Shown here one piece after another: positions 23,357 through 36,112 of a DNA stretch of 64,000 bases; the first letter of the stretch is position 1; every line of letters begins with the position of its first letter. The stretch covers positions 42,842,001 through 42,906,000 of the forward strand of contig OX638164.1 of assembly GCA_951804945.1 (NCBI GenBank), in the 5' to 3' direction. The translations under genes were made by a program, and so were the position numbers. This stretch comes from Podarcis cretensis. Lineage: Eukaryota. Below the pieces are notes generated by a model, which saw nothing but the letters and a program-made list of their open reading frames with translations, ran no database searches and was not told the origin of the DNA.

Positions 23357-25587
23357 CTGAGGTCTTCATCTGAGATACCTAGAGCTGTGCCAAAATTTAT
23401 GGGGGGGGGGAATCTTCATAACATTTCTGAGAAATATTGGGGAAGGGGTTCATTTATGATGTACCACCATGGGATGGCAAGGCTCCCTTGCTCTACCACT
23501 TAGCATGTGGCTGAAGAGAGCAGCACAGCAGAGGGACTTCTTTTTTTGAGGGTGGGGGTGGGGGTGTTGTAAGGGCAAGTTGTGGCAAACTGAACTTAAA
23601 ACTGGAACAATTAGAAACTGAGAAAAACTGAAATTGACAGATCCACCCATCCCTAGCTGTGGAATGCTGCCTTCATGTCCTGTTTACAGGCTTCCTCAAG
23701 ATATCAGGTTGCCACTATGGGAGACAAAATGCTCACCTAGATGGACCTTTGGTCTAATTTAGCAGGGCTCTTCTTGTGCTCTTATAGCCCTCCTCTAAAA
23801 GAGAAGAACAACCACCAGAAATTATTGAGATGTTTTTGGCATCTGTCTGTCTCAAGAGACAATGGAGTGCACCTCCAGTGTTGAAGTTAAACCACAAGAG
23901 AATCTGCTGTGGCTGTAGAGACCGGTGTTTTTGCATCACCCAAGTGACTTCCCCAAGCTGCAAGCCTGGGCCATATATCTGGAGTTCCTGGGCTGCCCAG
24001 ACAGCGTCTCAGCACTCTCAACCCCCACTCTCAACCTCGATGATGGGGTCCAAAGGAAAGCAGAGCAATACATTTGGCACTGGCTTGGCCACAGGAGTTG
24101 CCAGAAGGAGGCTTACAATGTGCCATGCAGCCATCTGGATTGTGTAGGATTTACTCCTGAGCCTACTCTTCTCCCGAAGATGTCCCACAAGACAGTGGGA
24201 TGAGGCCAAAGAGTTTAGAATTCCATGTGCAAGCCACCACTATGGGGAAGGGGACTTTCATGCGCCCTCACACCATGTATCCTACCTCATTCCATCCACT
24301 GACTTTAAAGCTGGAAAACTGGGGCAATGAAGAAGGGACTGGAGAAAAAGTATGGCTAACTGGCTGAAGTTTGTACCAGGAGTATGTCATGCAGCAATAT
24401 TGCAGGTTCCACAGTATTTATTGATGTGGATATACGAGGGGGGAAATGTGGTCATTTATATTGCTGTATACCCTGTAGAGCAGGGAGAGGAGAACCTGTG
24501 GTCTTCTAGCTGCTTTTGGATTCCAGCTCCCATCAGCCCCAGCCAGCATGGCCAACACTCAGAGATGATGGGAGTTATAATCTAACAACAGCTTGGGGAT
24601 CTTCACCCTACTGTAGAGCAGTGATTGTCAGAAACCATGATGGTATAGGAGACATCTAGCCTGATTCTAGTCAGACTTGATGCAAGGCAGTTTTGAGAGT
24701 TTTGTCATGGGAAAAGCTGTTATCAACTTCTGGTCTAAGCTAATAGCCAAACTGAGCAGGTTATGCTGGCAACCAAGCTAAAGAGTGTTTGTCCCTCCCA
24801 GATGGACATATTTCTGTACCATGTCAGGCTCCAGAGCTGACAACTCACTTAGGTTGCACAAACAAAAATCCACTCAGGGAAAATAATTCAGGGGCCCAAC
24901 AGGAAGAATGAACTTGATCCATTTTTTTTTGGAATGAAAAGAAACCCATCTCACAAATATCAGCATAAGATTCCTATTAATAGCCTGCTGTGTACCAGTC
25001 AGGGCTGCCCAGTTGTTGACTATCCTTGTGACTCCTGCGACTTTAGTACAGTTTGTTTTGTAGAGATTAACAGATCGTATTAGCTACCTCCATGCCAAGA
25101 AAAACACCCTTGCTAGGGTGGCAATGTGTCCTACTTTACGTAGGACAGTCCTCTCTCTGAAGGTGTTCTCTACTTGAAGCACTGCCCAGTCCAAGACTGG
25201 TTTAAAGATAAAGAACCCTAAGAAAGGAAACAGGTGTAACCTTGAAGTTCTCAATAGTGAAAACCTGCCCAGCGGAGTGGGCCAACACGCTGCTCAACTG
25301 ATCACAGTCTTCCCACTAGGGTGAGATGTTTTTCTATTTAAATTATAGCAATTATTGCTAACTTTAGAACTCCCAGCCCTGTGCCACCCCACAGAATTTG
25401 ATGGGTTGCACTCTTGGAACAGACCAATACAGCTGCTGCTCTGGAAAGTAACGGAAAGCAATTCCTTCCCAACTTTATGTTTGCTTATTCACTTAACAAG
25501 AACAAAATTCCTCTAAGTGGGTTTACAAGACACTCTAAAATATTAATTTAAAATGCCAATAAAAACAACAAGCCTTAAAAGAAAGTT

Positions 25588-25735
25588 CATAGAATCATAG
25601 TTGGAAAGGACCCCGAGGGTCATCTAGTCCAACCCCTGCAATGCAGGAAACTCAGCTAAAGCATCCATGACAGGTGGCCACCCAATTTCTGCTTTAAAAC
25701 CTCCAGTGAAGGAGATGCCACAGCCTCCTGAGGTT
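25588..25735 (-). mobile_element. CR1 3' fragment
   Basis: 'catagaatcatagttggaaaggaccccgagggtcatctagtccaacccc...aaaacctccagtgaaggag'. Confidence 0.85.
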
Positions 25736-25754
25736 TCATTAAAGAATATAAATA

Positions 25755-26005
25755 CAGTGGTACCTTGGGATGCGAACGGGACCCATTCCAGAGCCCTGTT
25801 CGCATCCCGAAGCGAATGTAACCCGTGTCCACGCGTGCGTGGGTCACGATTCAGTGCTTCTGTGCATGCGTGTGACGTCATTTTGATGTCTGTGCATGCG
25901 GGCGCGGTGAAACCCGGAAGTAATGCGCTCCATTACTTCCAGGTCGCCGTGGAGCGCAACCCGAAAATGCCTAACCCGAAGAGTATTCATCTCGAGGTAT
26001 GACTG
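25755..26005. mobile_element. Tc1/mariner (Tigger-like) MITE
   Basis: TA TSD on both sides, TIRs cagtggtacct.g / cgaggtatgactg. Confidence 0.8.
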
Positions 26006-29000
26006 TACATTAAAAAAAGTAGTAATTTAAAAACACTCAAACTTGCAAAATCACATTTAAAGCAGGTGCTGAAAACAAAATAATAAAGGCTTCTGCCCGA
26101 CATCAGTGGCCAGGGAGTTCCAAAGTATAGATGCTGCCACACTAAAAAAAAAAGAATTGATTTCTTGCAAGTTGGGAATGAATATTCTGTGCTCGTGGCA
26201 ATTCTTCAAGCAAACTGGTCTCAAGCTGTAGGAGGCTATATCCACCACTAGTAACACTTTGAATCTGATCCAACAACAGATCAGTGGCCAGTGCAGATCC
26301 CTGAACATGTTATCTGCTGACAGGTTCTTGAGGCAGCAGCAGCAGACTATGCATTCCTTGCAGGCCAGATCTGCTGCCCCTGTGGATCCTGTGCCATCTG
26401 AGGCAGTCGCCTCATCTTGCCTCATGAGTGGGCCAACCTTTTCACTTGCTTGTGGAAGAGGGAAACTTTGGAAGGAACTTTTAATGAGGACAATTTTGGA
26501 ACTCATTTGGAAGGGCACAGCTTAACGGTTTTACAGTATGCATTTCCACGCTTTGCTTTGCCGCATATTTTGTGATTTTAAATCTGTGTTGGGGTTCTCT
26601 TACCAAAGAGCACATGCCCCAAACTTGGATTTTGGTATCCAGAAATTCTCTTACTTTTATCTTTTTCTCAAAGCAACAGTAACAAGAGCTGATGAAAGTC
26701 GTATTTTCCCCAGAGGCATTATGGGAAATTAAAAGGGGCACCCCTCAGTGGGGTGGCTATTTAAATTTCCCATAATGCCCTGGAACTACACTATGGAGTC
26801 ACTGTGAGATACTGAAATGGCCAGCAGCCACCAGGTTAGAGGCCCAGCTTGGATTTGTGGTGTGTCAGTTAATAAAAAGCAAGGGTTGTATGTCTGCAGC
26901 CATGGGTTGTCCCAGAGGAGACAACAGCTCCTTTCCCTTCTCCAGTGCCCTGAAGGGGAATATTTTGTTCCCTGAGCTTTAGCCAGATTCTGCCTCTGTT
27001 CACACACTCCATTGTGGAGCCTCTGCTTCTATTTGACTAGCTAACAGGATTCTTCCCCTCCCTTTTGAATGGCCTTTGGTTGGGTATTGACAAGATGTCA
27101 AAACCTTCTTGTCCTTTATTTGTGCCAGTGAAAAGAGGAATTACCAGGAGTATTTATCTAATAAAATATCTTTCACCAGGGGACCGTTCCATTGTATTTG
27201 CAAAGCAGGCCTCAAGGTCCTAATCAGCTTTTACACATACCTTGTTGAAAACGATACATAGAAAAAGGATGTATAACCTTGAGACTTTAACAAAGGAGAC
27301 TTAAGTTCTGTGAGGGTGCAGCTGTTCAGCCATCAGCCTGTTGGCAGAAGGACCACTTAGGGCGTTTGGCCTTGTGGCTTAAGAAACAAGATGGCGTCCT
27401 CTGGATGTCAGCTTCTTCCACACTGAACAGAAGAAATGGAAAATAAGAGTTACCACCCAATTTCTATTTTTTAATGCTTTTATTCAGTTGCACATTTATA
27501 GCAAAAAGCACTACAGTCCACCTCCCGCCACTCACCCCACTGAGGAAGAACCCATGTATTTTACAAATTAGGTTGTGCTACAGTTGTCCATGTGGAGATG
27601 GAGCCTGCTACCTTGATGCATTACCAGGCAGGAAAATAATAAAAGGACACCATATTTCTATAAAATTGTTAAGAGTCTTGAGTTTGACTAAAATCAGAGC
27701 AGTATTGCCAGGTTGGAATTTACCAGAACTTGATGTGGCATCATTAGGTACAGTGAAGACTGGTGACCCCTGGACCTGGTGGGTTGTCCAAGGGGGCTAC
27801 TGGAGATGAACCAGTTTGTTCTGGTTCTCTTCCCATCCTCTTCTCTTGTAACGATACTGAGAACACTAAAGCAGTGCAGTTGTACAGTATGTTAGTTGTA
27901 TCTAGCCAAACCCTGAGAGGTAGGCTAAGAGATGCCTCCTCCTAGGGGTCCAACACTCCTACCTCCAGAGACAAGGGTGAAGAGCGGGACCTGTTAGTCA
28001 TAGCAAACTGCATGATTGACTGTCCTGTCCAAAGCTGTGATTAGTCACAGAGGAAATGGACAGAAAAGACTCCAGAGAGTCTATGAAGTATAGGAAATTT
28101 AATAACATGACCGTGGGGAACACAGAAGTACTGGGATGCAGCGCTGGCTTTTGGAGGTACAGAAAAAATACTGGTAGGGCTCTGTCACATCAGATAGTTG
28201 TTTATTTCCTTGACATCTGATGGGAGGGAGTTCCACAGGGAGGGTGCCACTACCTAGATGCCCTCTGCCTGATTCCCTTTAACCTCACTTCTTGCAGAGA
28301 GGGAACTGCCAGAAGGCCCTCAGAGCTGGACCTCAGTGTCTGAGCTGAGCGATGGGGGCGGAGACACTCCTCCAGATCGAAGCCATTTAGGGCTTTAAAG
28401 GTCAACACCAACACTTTGAACTGGGAGCTTTCCCTGGTGAGGTAATTTTAGATTCTGGACTTAATGGTCTTACATTGCTCCCTCTTTGGATGCTAAGGTG
28501 CATTACTTCCCTTACCTCAAAATGTGGGAAGCCAGTCCAGCTGCTTTGGGGAGCCCTCCTGCTCATTCTGGGGTGTCCCAAGGGCCAGACAGAGAGGCCA
28601 GGGACTGCCTTTGGCCTCTGTGCCTGCTGTAAGCCCCTCTGACACCACAGGCCATCCCTGCTCCCAGTGTTTCTGAATTTACCCTGAAAGGAAAACTGGG
28701 CAGGGTGGTGGTGGGGAAGTCATGGTTCAACCATATGAAAGAAAGTATCAGAAGGCCTGACCTGATCCTGTGCCTTTAACTCAGGGTGGTCAGACCCTAC
28801 TTCCTTTACAACAGGATCTGCTTTCATTCTTCTTCTTCTTTCATTCATGAATTGCTTCTTATGAAGCATCATGATTTCATAATACAACAAAAACATACAT
28901 AAAACAACTGCACATGTAAAAGCAGTTAAAGACTGTTTTAAAACAATTACTTTTATAAAATGTTTCATATCCAATACAGAGATCAAATGGGATAAAATTC

Positions 29001-29780
29001 CCTGCTTAGAATGCTTTTCTTGAAAGAGGAAAGTCTTCAACAGACACTGGAAATACAACAGAGATGCTGCCTGTCTGATATGTAGCAAGAGCAGGGATGG
29101 AAAAAAATCTGTCAATTTCAATTCTCTCATTTTCCCAATCTTAAATTCAGGTTTCCGCATTTTTTAATTCTCATGAAAAATCATCAGCATTTTTGTGCTG
29201 GTGGGTAGTAAAATGAACACATTTTCTTATGCAGTTTTGAGTAATGTACACATTTTTGCAAGCAGCTTCTCCTAAAATAATGCATTTCTGCATGCAATTT
29301 TCACGAATATATTCATAACATATGCAATTTTGTAAACATTGGTTGAAGCACTGCATCACAAAATTTGAAGAACGCGAATTTCAAAGAATGGCTGTCTCTT
29401 GGTTCACATATTGTTTATATTGCATAGATATATTGTGTAGATAGGTAGGAAATGTCACTTGTGTCACTTGTGAATTTGTTCATAAATCAATTCCATCATT
29501 TTTCTGCATTAATTCTTCTTACTTGTTTTTAACTTGCCTCTCTTGAAGGAGGCCAGGGCAGCAAATCTGCAGAAGTAAATCAGGGAAATTGCAGGAAAAT
29601 GTGTATATCATAGAATTATAAAATTGTAGAGTTTGAAGGCACCCCTGAGGGCCACCTAGTCCAATGCCTGCAATGCAGCAACCTTTCCTGCAGCCATCCC
29701 TTGGTGGGCTCAAATCCCCAGCCTTCTGGTGAGACATGCTGATTCATTGTTCCACATTTAGCACAAACTATTTAAATACT

Positions 29781-30159
29781 GATCACCAAAGAATTGATGC
29801 TTTTGAATTCTGGTGCTGGAGGAGACTCTTGAGAGTCCCATGGACTGCAAGAAGATCCAACCTCTCCATTCTTAAGGAAATCAGCCCTGAGTGCTCACTG
29901 GAAGGACAGATCGTGAAGCTGAGGCTCCAATACTTTGGCCACCTCATGAGAAGAGAAGACTCCCTGGAAAAGACCCTGATGTTGGGAAAGATGGAGGGCA
30001 CAAGGAGAAGGGGACGACAGAGGACGAGATGGTGGGACAGTGTTCTTGAAGCTACAGACATGAGTTTGACCAAACTGCGGGAGGCAGTGGAAGACAGGTG
30101 TGCCTGGCGTGCTCTGGTCCAGGGGGTCACGAAGAGTCGGACACGACTAAACAACAAAA
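29781..30159 (+). mobile_element. BovB LINE, 5'-truncated
   Basis: Peptide 'RIDAFEFWCWRRLLRVPWTARRSNLSILKEISPECSLEG'. 11-bp TSD atttaaatact at 29770-29780 and 30160-30170. Confidence 0.95.
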
Positions 30160-33100
30160 ATTTAAATACTTATTGTACCTCAAAGTATAATATGAAAATG
30201 AGTGCTAAATTTGTGCAATGTTCCACTATAGTTCTGGAAGTGGGTTTTTATTTGTGTGAAAGCTCAAGTATAATGTGGGAATTATCAGTTAGGAAATGTC
30301 ATGAAAATGCAATAAACCGTTGTGTGAATACAGCCCAGGACAGTTCCGATCAGGATCCACAGAAATTGTATTTCTCAAGCATGCCTATATCAGACACACA
30401 GGAATAAGTGCAAAATAGCTGATAAGAATAAACCCATTGTCTTTGTTTTCACACAGTAGAGCAAAATCTGGTTTACGTACAGTGCCTTTGTCCAGATTGC
30501 CCCACTAGTTTCCCATTTTCTTCCTAGCAGAAATCTGAACGGACTTTGTGGACAAATAAATATATTGTCATTCTTTTCCTTTTTCATTTGCAGAACAAAG
30601 CCACAGGTGTGGCTAAAAAAAAAGCTCCCCTATACTTTATGCAGTATCTTGTCATCCAGAGTAAACACGGACTTTAATGACATTGTCAGGGAAGAGAGGT
30701 GAGATATTTGCCTCTGAAGCAGCAATAATATTTGATTGAGAAACAAAGCATCAAGTAAACGAGATAATAATCGCATGCGGTGAACAAATACTGCCCAGAT
30801 CCTGGATTAAAGGACGTGACAAAAGTCGTCCAATTCCAACTGATAGAACTTTGGCAGCCAGAGCTGGACACAAAATTGGGGGAAGGTGGGGGACTTTTCG
30901 GAAACCAGTACAGCATGTAGTTATTTGATCTGTCATGAGATGGTGACAGGCATTTTGCACAACAATCCAGAGGATAATTCTCTTGCACAAATCTCATTTC
31001 AATTCAAAGCAAACCACAAACCAGATTATTCTTCATTCTCTTGCACAGATCCCCACCATTCATTCATTGAACAACATCCATGCAAGAAAATGGTGACAAT
31101 CTAGTTTCTGTTTTGCTCCGGATTTGTACCTAATACTGGAGTTTAGGTGCTAAGTAGTTGTAAAACTGCAATGCTTAAGTGTCTGCAGTATCTTTCCAAA
31201 CAGGCGCACCACCTTGACCCCGCGACACTGGGTGCCCAGGGCATGCTGACGTCACCACAGCATGCGCATGTGATGTTGGCACACCCTGCAGCGTGTGCAT
31301 GCCATGGCTTAGGACTTGAACATGTGTGGGTTCCCACAGCCCCGCGTAGATGGTGCCTATGTTTCCAAGGGAGAAGGATGGGAAGAAAACCAGAACAACT
31401 TGGCTTCATTGGCCATGTCTCTGGGACCTCCTAGCAGCCCCACAAGGTCCATTGGGCACCAGCCAACACTGGGTTGAACCAAATCTACACTGGCTATTTT
31501 AGCCTCCAAAATGCCCCAGGAGTTCAGCCAACATGTGGGGCACTGCATGGGAGAAATGGGCAGGGCCACCAAGGTAAGCTTCCCCCGCAGGGCTCTCCTG
31601 AATCTTGGGAAGGCCCAACATTGCAGGAGGGGTGACTCACTTTACCAAGGCCTCTCAGTACCAAAGCTTGTTCTCTTGATAGATGGCATGGATTCTCACA
31701 TAGCATATTAAGGCTGGATCTACACTGATCTGTAAAAATGCTTTAAAAAGTAATATAGCTCTCAATGCAATTTTCTATTGACTGCTGTACAGCGCCCTCT
31801 GGTGTCACATTTTTATAACACATTATTAATGTTTTATCTGAGCAGTGTAGATTAGTCTTAAATGACTTTCATTTAACAGTCAGCTGATCCAGGGTTAAGG
31901 GAAACCCCTTTAAAAGTCTCAGCAGACGAGAAACAAGCTACTTGCTCCTGCTCATTTAGCTACACTAGGCTATTCCCGAAGAATTCCTTAGTGCAGCCTA
32001 TCTCGGCTAATTGTCAGGTTTTTGGCTCCATGGTGCTCTCTCCAATCACCAACAATCTGCTGAAAGTGGGGGCTGTGCCTGCAACCCCCCTTTTGACCCA
32101 GTCTTGACTTTGCCTGTCCCACACATGGGCTTGGCCAAAATAGCCTGGTGAGCCAAATGGCGAAGCCTGGAGGGGCTAATTAGGCACATGGGCTGTGGGT
32201 TGTGGGTCCCCACCCCTGATTTAACCCAGTCTTCCCCAGCCTCATGCCCTATGGATATTCCCCAGCCCACATGGCCAAGGCTGATGGGACACCTGCTTGG
32301 GAAAGGTGAATTTAATAGCTTAAGCAAACAAATGATGGATTCCAGGGTGTGTTAAAAGAACTGGTGCTCACATAACAGGTAAACCTTGTGGTGTATTCAT
32401 CCAGAAAAAAATATATCCCCAAGGATATTAAAGCAGCCCTTTTTCAGGAACATTGAATACATTATTTAAAAACTAAGCTCTTCTATTCTGTGTGCTCTTC
32501 AGAATCCCTTTGGCACATCCTCTCCTTTGTTAGACCAAGAGGTTATATTGTAAGCTGTGTCACCTTTATGGGGCAGGGACACTACAGGTGATTCAATATT
32601 GTTACAAACCACCCCAATCTACGCCTTGGGGTAGCAAGAGATCCCTGGGTTCTAGGCACGTAACCAGGGTTGTATTAAATGTGCAAACACTTTCCTGTAT
32701 ATGTGCAGTGCTCCAGCTTCATGGAGATGCATTTCCCAAGCAGGTGGCGGGCAGAACATGCTCAGAGGTCACCTTTAAGGACAGGGAACTGAATTATTTG
32801 AGGACAGGGGACAGGCATTCCTTCTCTCTGACAGCTGACGTGGACTGCCAGCACCCATAGTATCAGTCATCGTTTTCACATGGAATATTCTCATAAGCAA
32901 GGGAACAAAACAAATGAAGTCAATGTGTTGCCCTCCAGATGGATTGGACTACACTTCCCCTGACCATTAGTCATGCTTGCTGGGGTGATAGGAGTTGTAG
33001 GGCCCCATCTTGGTTTTCACTAAAATGGAGCTTGAATAGGGATTGGGCCAGAGATTGCTTCTCACTTTGCCAGTTCCAGACTTTGGGAAGCATTTTGTAA

Positions 33101-33850
33101 GTGGACTTCTTTGCTGGCCCTCTAACATACACACATGCATGCCAGCTAAAAAGGTGCCCTGGGATTGTGATGTCCCGCGATCTGGATTAGCCTGGTTTGC
33201 TTGACTGATGTGTTTACCTACAGGAGATGGAGCAATAACGTGTTTCTTATGCTTGATAAAATGTCCTGAATAAGTTTATATTTTGGATTTCATCATCGAA
33301 TAAATATTTAAACACCCCCTTCCCTCTTTGTCATAAATGTGTGTGCTTTTCTGAAAGGTGAGAGATGTATGAGAACGCAGTAAGAGCTACTGATCTGAAG
33401 ATCTTAGGGGCGAGTAGTTGTGTGTGTCTTTTTTATCTGAATGTGTAATCTTCATTATGCGTAGATGTATTGTAAATCTGTTCTGGCACAGCACTTAGAA
33501 GGTTAGTCTACTGTTTACCAACTCAGAGACAAACTAGGCACGATTTGAGGTGGCCCAACCCGGGGAAGCTGCAGCACCCACGGCATATTGGGGGGGGTGC
33601 ATTTTCAGTCCAAAGGCCACATTCCCTTCTGGCAGCCTTCAAAGGGCCACATGCCAGCAGGGGGCGGGGCAAGAGGCAAAAATGGGCAGAGAAGGGAATG
33701 CAAGCCAGATGGTCTGCAGCCCCAGACCTCTCCCTCGTGACCTGCACAGGTAAGAGCTCCACTGTATTGTGCAAGTAGCTGGCACTGCCATGCGCTATTC
33801 ACCCTGCCCCTGCAACCCAACTCAAGAGCGCCATGGGGTGATAAAAAAAA

Positions 33851-34150
33851 GTAATGGACCCCTGAATGTTAAGTCCAGTCGTGGACGACTCTGTGGTTAC
33901 GGCGCTCATCTCACTTTACTGGCTGAGGGAGCAGATGTTTGTCCGCGGACAGTTTTTCCAGGTCATGACTAAGCCGCTTCTGGCAAAACCAGAGCAGTGC
34001 ATGGAAATGCCGTTTACCTTCCTGCCAGAGTGTTACCTATTTATCTACTTGCACTTTGACATGCTTTCGAACTGCTAGGTTGGCAGGAGGAGGGACCAAG
34101 CAACGGGAGCTCACCACGTCGTGGGCAATCGAACTGCTGACCTTCTGATC
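33851..34150 (-). mobile_element. Sauria SINE (partial, diverged)
   Basis: Shares 'gccgtttaccttcc...ctatttatctacttgcac...actgctaggttggcagg' with the copy at 48655. A 3' stub also lies at about 22714-22778. Confidence 0.85.
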
Positions 34151-35325
34151 GTGACAGGCATATTGAAAGAGTACGTGTCAAAGCCAAACCATATGAATCA
34201 CAGTTCCAGCAAGTGTAAGAAATGGTACTTTCCCTGCAATGACATGTCCAAAGATATCCAGGCGTTTCTTGGCTCTGGACAAGGCAGCCCCAAGGCAGCT
34301 CTCACCAGCTTGGTGCCCACCAGCCATTTTGGACTCTTGCTGCCATTAGCACAAGGCAGCCTGCTTTGGGGGAAGCAGGAGAGGCTGGTCCATTAGGGCA
34401 AATGAGACACGTCTGCGGCCGCCCCCTGCAGGCTTTCTTACCTATAAGCAGCGCAGTGGGTGGCCCTGCCTATCAGCTTCCTTCTCCTCAGTCTGAGTTT
34501 TGTGCTTATAGAACCTTGTCCGCTGGAGGATGGAGTATACAAATTTAATACATAATAATAAAATAAATAAATAAGGCCAGTGCTTCCATGAGAGAAGATG
34601 AAGCAATGTGCTTCAGGTGACCGATTCAACCCCCATCCCTGCCTTACACCACTGCCAGCCTCGCCACGGGTGCAGCTGCGGTGGCAAGGTTGGTGGCAAT
34701 GCAGGCAGGACAGCAAAGACAGGGAGGGGCCCCAGATCGGCGGGTGGGGTGTTGCTTTGCCTACTGCAGCAAAACATCCTGGGCTGCCCCAGGGATAAAC
34801 CTATGATTAAGAGTCAATCCATACCACACACTGAAAGCACATTCAATGTACACGACTCCCCACAAAGAATCCTGAGAACTGCAATTTCCCCCTCACAGAG
34901 CTACAGTTTTTCAGAATTGTTGTGGGAGGGAGTCATGTGTTTTAAATATGTATCAAATGCGCTTTCAATGTAGGGTGTGGATCTGCCCCACGTTGTCTTG
35001 GCCTGCTGCCCTATTGGGCACCAGTCACCAACTGTGGGGATAGTAAATATCAAAATGTTCTTCCCCTGGAATACACTGGGGGGGGGGTCCCCAACCCAGC
35101 TGCTGGTCCAGCTGCTGCCTCTTCACCAAGAGAAGCAACTCTGACATCAAAATATTCACATAGGTAAAGCAAGAGCCCCTGGAACTTGGACTCGTTAGTG
35201 ATGCCCAGCTAGCATGTCTCTATGGTTTGGTCACAAACCACAAAGACAACCGTTTATTGTTGACTTAGTGCTGCTCATGCAGGCAATCTTTGCACAGCAT
35301 CTACAACTCTTCCTCATGAAAAAGC

Positions 35326-36073
35326 CATCTCAACCCAAACTGAAATCAATGGAAAATGTAAGGAGCCATGTTATAGATTGGTTACAATGCCATCAGTTAC
35401 ATGAAATGTTTAAATTAGATAGAATGGTTTTTTGAACCAAAGCTCACAATTCGAAAAAAGAACTTCTACAAAACAAAGAGAAACTTTTGTCTAAAATGTA
35501 TAATCAGTTATTAGAATGGGAAACAAAAGACGAGCTTGTTAAAGCCTCAATGACACACTGGGCAATAGATAGAGGACACAATATAGATTTTGGGGGAAAC
35601 TCTGGAAAACTGACTTGAATTTTACAGCATGTTATTCTTTGAAGGAGAACTATCTGAAAATGATTCACAGATGGTATTTAACTCTGAGCAGGCTTGCTAA
35701 GATCTACAAGACAGAATCAGATAAGTTGACAGAATATGCACAACTTGCAGACATATAGAATAAGAAAATAACATATAGAATAACATATAGAATAAGAAAA
35801 CAAGAAGAACATATGCTTATAGAAGATTGGAAAACATTTATTGAATATATGAAAAATAATTGTGTAGAGCTGAAAACACCGGCAGCATTAAGATAAATTC
35901 AACAGTGTAAATAAGTTTTGATGGATGCAATAATGGAATACTGATTGGTATAGTTTTTGCAGGGATTTATGATATGTAAAATGAACCATGGAAAGAAAAG
36001 AAGGGAAGTCATTGAAATATTAAGGATGTAAAATGAGTATTTAAAATTGTAAAACAGAAAAATTAATTTATAA

Positions 36074-36075
<2 letters not shown>
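35326..36075 (+). mobile_element. L1 LINE ORF2 C-terminal/3' fragment followed by (TG)n
   Basis: A-rich. Decayed peptides 'KMYNQLLEWETKDELVKASMTHWAID' and 'FTACYSLKENYLKMIHRWYLT'. Confidence 0.75.

Positions 36076-36112
<37 letters not shown>

Noticed and set aside
29736-30407. 223-aa ORF as a host gene
   Set aside because: A BovB RT fragment with read-through into flanking DNA. The antisense ORFs at 4474, 29783 and 62905 are likewise BovB.
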